This document shows positions 60,057 to 64,000 of a stretch of 64,000 nucleotides of DNA, in pieces. The notes under the pieces were generated by a model that did not search any database, was not told where the DNA came from, and saw only the letters and a program-made list of their open reading frames with translations. The first letter of the stretch is position 1; the number at the start of each line of letters is the position of its first letter. The position numbers were made by a program, and so were the translations under genes. The DNA is taken from contig CAWFFU010000010.1 of NCBI GenBank assembly GCA_963815215.1, forward strand, positions 96,001-160,000, written 5' to 3'. The DNA is from an uncultured Trueperaceae bacterium (GTDB taxonomy: Bacteria > Deinococcota > Deinococci > Deinococcales > Trueperaceae).

Positions 60057-62359
60057 ACCCGGGGCACGCCCGCGGCGGCAGCGGACTCGGCCGCCACCGA
60101 GTGGGCCGTGCCGGCACGCTCGATGCGGGCGATGGCGTCCTTGTACGCGGGGATCTGGGCGTTGGGCGAGCGCGCGCCGGGATCGACCAGCACGTTCGCT
60201 TCCGGCCAGTGCAGCTGGACCGAGCCGGGCGCGACATCGGCGGTGAAGAGCCGTCCGCGGAAGGCGCCGTGCTCGTTCGCCACCACCACCGCCTCGCCGC
60301 TCCCAACGCCGAGGCGCGCGGCTTCGTCCCGGTGGACGATGACGGCGTCACGGGGCATCCCGTTCATGGGGTCGACGTCCTCGTGGACGATGCTGTTGAA
60401 CTGCTTGCCGCGCCGCGTGATGACCACGAAGCTGCCCGCTTCCCGGAGCAACTCGGGGGGAGCGGCCGCCAGGAAGCGCGCCCTGCCACTGGGGGTCGGG
60501 AAGGTCCAGCCCTCGCACAACCGCGGCCCACCGTACTGGACCTGGTCCCCCTTCCCGGCAAGCGACTGGATGCCGTCGTACATCGGGATGACACGGGCGA
60601 TCTCAGCGCGGATGGCGGCGGTCCCAGAGAAGCGGACCTTCTCCGCCAGCGACGGCCGGGCGCGCGCTACGATCTCCGACAGGACCTCCCACTCGGGGCG
60701 GGCCTCAGCGATGCGCGGTCCCGGGATCTCCGGGCTGAACACGATACGGCGCTCGGTGGACGTCTCGGTCACCCCGCCCGGCATCTCGTAGCGGGTGGTG
60801 GCGGGTAGCAGCAGCACGATGTCGGCGGGATCCTGGAGCATCTGGCTGCTCGGCACGATGTCGAGGTGCACGCGCAGCCCGATCCGCGCCAGCGCATCGT
60901 CGACGCCTCCGGGTCCGGGCATCACTTCGCGGAAGTTGCCGCCGACCGCCATGAGCACATCGATCTCGCCACGCCGAGCGGCATCGAGCATCTCGGGCGT
61001 GGTGAGCCCCTTGCCGGTAGGTACCGTGAACCCGTACAGCGCCGACAGGGCAGCGGTGTGCTCGGCGTCGGCCGGGTGACCACCCGGCAGGACGGTGGCG
61101 TAGGCGCCCATCTCGGCGCCGCCCTGCACCCCGGAGTGTCCGCGGATCGGCATGAGGCCGCAGCCCTCGCGGCCCACGAAGCCCCTGGAGAGCGCCAGGT
61201 CGATGATGGCCCGGACGTTCTCCTCACCGAACGCATGCTGCGTGATGCCCATGCCCCACACGAAGACGGCGCGATGCGCCCCGCCGAGCAGGCGGGCGTA
61301 CGTCTCCATGTCGGCGCGGGCCGTGCCGCTCGAGCGCTCCAGGTCCTCCCAGGTCAGCCCGTCGAGCAGTGCGGCGAGCTCGTCGAAGCCCTCGGTGTGC
61401 TCGTCGATGAAGGCGCGATCGACCGCGCCCTCCCGGATCATGGCCTTGAGCGTGCCGCGTAGGAAGGCCTGATCGCCCCCCGGCGCGATGCGGAAGGCAT
61501 GGTCGCTGATGCGGGTGCCGAAGAGCGCGCTCTCCACGTCCGATGGCACCCAGTAGCGGTCCATGCCCGGCTCGACGTAGGGGTTGACGGTGACGACCTT
61601 GGTGCCCGCCTTCTTGGCGTGGTAGAGGTACTTCATCACCACGGGCTGGTTCTTGGAGACGTTGGAGCCGATGAACGTCACCACGTCGGTGCCGATGAGG
61701 TCGCTGTAGGAGACGGTGGTGGCGCCGACCCCGAGCCCGGCCTTGAGGCCGACCGTGCTGGGCGAGTGGCACACCCGGGCGGCGTTGTCGACATTGTTGG
61801 TGCCGAGCGCGCGCATCGCCTTCTGCGCCACGTAGTAGGTCTCGTTGGGGATGCCGCGACTGGTCAGATAGAGGTAGGCGCGGTCGGGCTCGGTGGCGCC
61901 GAGCCGCTCGGCGACGAGATCGATGGCCTCGTCCCAGGCGATGCGCGTGAAGCCCGGTTCGCCGCGCCGGCGGATCATCGGATGCGGGAGCCGGCCCAGC
62001 GCGCGAAGCTCGCGCGAGCGCAGACCCCTGAGCTTCGACACGTCCGCCAGCCGGCTCGGGTCGAGCGCCCCCATGGTGTTGAGGCGCAGCAGCCGAAGGC
62101 GCACGTTGCACAGGTGGACGCCGTCGATGGTCCAGTCGCTCATGCCGCTCGTGCCGAGCGCGCAGCCGTCGCACACGCCGTCTTGCAGGATGCGCCAGGC
62201 GTAGCCTGCGGCATCGCGGTTCTCCCACGCCGCCCTGAACACCTCCCGGAAGTTCTCGGTGTGGGCCAGCGGTACGCGGGTGGCCCAGGTGGACGCGTCC
62301 CAGCCCTTCTTGTTGGGCGGACGGACGGAACGCTTCGGTCGGCTGCTCATGAACGACAT
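60053..62359 (-). CDS. FdhF/YdeP-family molybdopterin oxidoreductase
   Basis: CDGCA, RVCHSPS, WGMGITQH, PIRGHSGVQG, TRRGKQFNS; coupled to fdhD. Confidence 0.88.
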   Translation of the reverse strand: MSFMSSRPKRSVRPPNKKGWDASTWATRVPLAHTENFREVFRAAWENRDAAGYAWRILQDGVCDGCALGTSGMSDWTIDGVHLCNVRLRLLRLNTMGALDPSRLADVSKLRGLRSRELRALGRLPHPMIRRRGEPGFTRIAWDEAIDLVAERLGATEPDRAYLYLTSRGIPNETYYVAQKAMRALGTNNVDNAARVCHSPSTVGLKAGLGVGATTVSYSDLIGTDVVTFIGSNVSKNQPVVMKYLYHAKKAGTKVVTVNPYVEPGMDRYWVPSDVESALFGTRISDHAFRIAPGGDQAFLRGTLKAMIREGAVDRAFIDEHTEGFDELAALLDGLTWEDLERSSGTARADMETYARLLGGAHRAVFVWGMGITQHAFGEENVRAIIDLALSRGFVGREGCGLMPIRGHSGVQGGAEMGAYATVLPGGHPADAEHTAALSALYGFTVPTGKGLTTPEMLDAARRGEIDVLMAVGGNFREVMPGPGGVDDALARIGLRVHLDIVPSSQMLQDPADIVLLLPATTRYEMPGGVTETSTERRIVFSPEIPGPRIAEARPEWEVLSEIVARARPSLAEKVRFSGTAAIRAEIARVIPMYDGIQSLAGKGDQVQYGGPRLCEGWTFPTPSGRARFLAAAPPELLREAGSFVVITRRGKQFNSIVHEDVDPMNGMPRDAVIVHRDEAARLGVGSGEAVVVANEHGAFRGRLFTADVAPGSVQLHWPEANVLVDPGARSPNAQIPAYKDAIARIERAGTAHSVAAESAAAAGVPRV

Positions 62360-62596
62360 GGCTCGCGCACCTCCCATGCGCGGCGGACGCCCGGCCGGAT
62401 GCAGCCGGCGCGACCCCCACGGGCGTTTCGGTTGGCGCCACTATAGGCCCGTGCTCCATGCGAGCGATGAGCGCGCCGCTACGCCAGGCGACAGAAGGGC
62501 CGCACCGTAGCGCGGCCGGGAGCGGGCGTGGGCCGCCCGCCTGGACAGAACGGCGCGGCCCGGAGTGAAGGGAAGGGGTCGGGGGGAGCGGCGGGA

Positions 62597-62680
62597 TCAG
62601 CCCTCCACCGCGTACGGGCGCACCTCCACGAACCAGCCGTCGCGGCGGGCGAAGATGCGCCCGCCGTGGCCCGTGCCGCT
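62597..62680 (-). pseudogene. Possible 3' gene remnant (GTGHGGRIFARRDGWFVEVRPYAVEG*)
   Basis: 26 consecutive codons ending in G/C followed by TGA; no in-frame start nearby. Confidence 0.35.
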
Positions 62681-62750
62681 CGATAACGCTCCGATAACGC
62701 CGCACTGCCTAGGCTCACGCCGATAGGTGGTGGGACGCATGTGCAGGACC

Positions 62751-63956
62751 ATGAGATCCGTCGTATTGGTCGGGCTCGTAGCTCTCGTTGCTGGGGTGCT
62801 CGCGGCGTGCGCTGGAGGGACGGCTCCGGCCTCCGGTGGGACGGGGCCCGGGACCGGGCCCGTCACGGCGAGCATCGGACCGGCGGGGGGCGCGGTGACG
62901 TCGTCGGATGGGATCGTGACCCTCACGGTCCCCAAAGGGGCGCTGACGAAGACGCTGACCTTCGGCATCGCGCCGGCCACGACTGCGCCCAACGGGGCGA
63001 TCCTCTCCTACGAACTGACGCCGTCGGGGACGACGTTTGCGGTTCCGGCAACGCTGACAGTCGAGACGCGGACGCTGTCGTTGCCGGCCGGAACGTCCGA
63101 GAGCGACGTGCGGATCGAAACTGCGGCAGGCGGTGCCTGGCACGGGCTGTTCACGACCCTCGACAGTGGTACCCACACGGCATCCGCGTCGCTGGCGCAC
63201 CTCAGCACCTACGGCGTGGTGGTGCCGGCGCTGACGAGCAGGTTGGTGCTGGGCTGGGTCCCGTCCGACCCCATCGTGGCCACGCTGGCGGAGAGTACGA
63301 CCGACTTCTACCAGGACCAGGTCACGATCCACGACCCCGCGGTGGCGCCGCCCACGGCGCCGACCTGCGGTGCGTGGGACTGGCTGAACAGGCGTACCTA
63401 CTACGACGCCGGCGGGGTCCAGTGGACGGCGTCGGCGCCGCCATCGTCGGTCAATCCTTACCCGGCGTTCGGCCAGGAGGCGTTCTCGGTGCTGGGGTCG
63501 GGGACCGGCTTCGCGATCGCCACGAAGCTCCAGGCCAGTGCGGACTCCGGCGGCGAGGTCTACGTCGGGTACACGGCTGGCAACGCCGGCTCCATCGGGC
63601 CGTTCACGATCGCGGAGATCGACAACCCGAGTGGTGCGCAACGAACGCTGAGCCTGCGTTGGGCCTCGAGTGGCTCCTTCAACGGATCGGGCCCCGACGG
63701 ATACTTCGCTAGCTCGCAAGTCGAGTACGACTACCAGGCGGCCGATGGTACCTGCTCGGGCGGGTCCGTGAGCTTCGGGTCGGGGGTTCCCGGCACTCCC
63801 GTCGGGTCGACGACGTCGTTCACGATCCCGGCGGGGTCGGTCAAGATCTGGGTCGACATCGCCTCCTACGCGACCTTCGACATCTCCATGGACACCATGC
63901 GGGCGTTCACCGTCAAGGGCGCGCTCGACGACGAGCTCGACGTACAGGTCGAGTGA
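62751..63956 (+). CDS. Hypothetical surface lipoprotein with ZU5-like N-terminal domain
   Basis: LAA-C lipobox, IGPAGGAV...LTVPKGAL...P.GTTF..PATL...HLSTYG. Confidence 0.65.
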   Translation: MRSVVLVGLVALVAGVLAACAGGTAPASGGTGPGTGPVTASIGPAGGAVTSSDGIVTLTVPKGALTKTLTFGIAPATTAPNGAILSYELTPSGTTFAVPATLTVETRTLSLPAGTSESDVRIETAAGGAWHGLFTTLDSGTHTASASLAHLSTYGVVVPALTSRLVLGWVPSDPIVATLAESTTDFYQDQVTIHDPAVAPPTAPTCGAWDWLNRRTYYDAGGVQWTASAPPSSVNPYPAFGQEAFSVLGSGTGFAIATKLQASADSGGEVYVGYTAGNAGSIGPFTIAEIDNPSGAQRTLSLRWASSGSFNGSGPDGYFASSQVEYDYQAADGTCSGGSVSFGSGVPGTPVGSTTSFTIPAGSVKIWVDIASYATFDISMDTMRAFTVKGALDDELDVQVE

Positions 63957-63960
63957 GAAG

Positions 63961-63993
63961 GTGCTGGCGCCGGAGCATCTCCGGCGCCAGCAC
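63961..63993. terminator. Perfect 15-bp hairpin
   Basis: GTGCTGGCGCCGGAG-CAT-CTCCGGCGCCAGCAC. Confidence 0.7.
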
Positions 63994-64000
63994 GTCGTCG

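Noticed and set aside
60053..62359. Selenocysteine formate dehydrogenase
   Set aside because: Active-site residue is Cys (RVCH) and there is no in-frame TGA

Overview
A very GC-rich, gene-dense bacterial chromosomal segment with about 50 CDSs. I found no rRNA, tRNA, CRISPR array, transposase or integrase. DUF4900-type pilin operons and many TANNNT-N5-8-start (leaderless-type) promoters suggest Deinococcota, possibly Trueperaceae-like; this is an inference. Main content: (1) a 4Fe-4S/NrfD fusion gene truncated by the window edge; (2) a complete hydroxyproline-to-2-oxoglutarate pathway (lhpA/B/C/G-like); (3) a CLC channel, a P450, a PHP phosphatase and a papain-like protease; (4) TWO paralogous type IV minor-pilin cassettes (FimT-like, PilV, PilW, giant PilX/DUF4900) with different upstream operator architectures, followed by a coiled-coil LysM lipoprotein; (5) a GntR-FAH-AKR unit divergent from a Dpp-like transporter lacking ATPase genes; (6) an AfuABC-like transporter near a LacD aldolase; (7) a YhaO/YhaN (Mre11/Rad50-like) pair with a membrane hairpin and an extra C-terminal domain; (8) a P3A-type H+-ATPase, an atypical NarL regulator, and YdeP/FdhD. 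Functions come from motif recognition only; no database searches were run.
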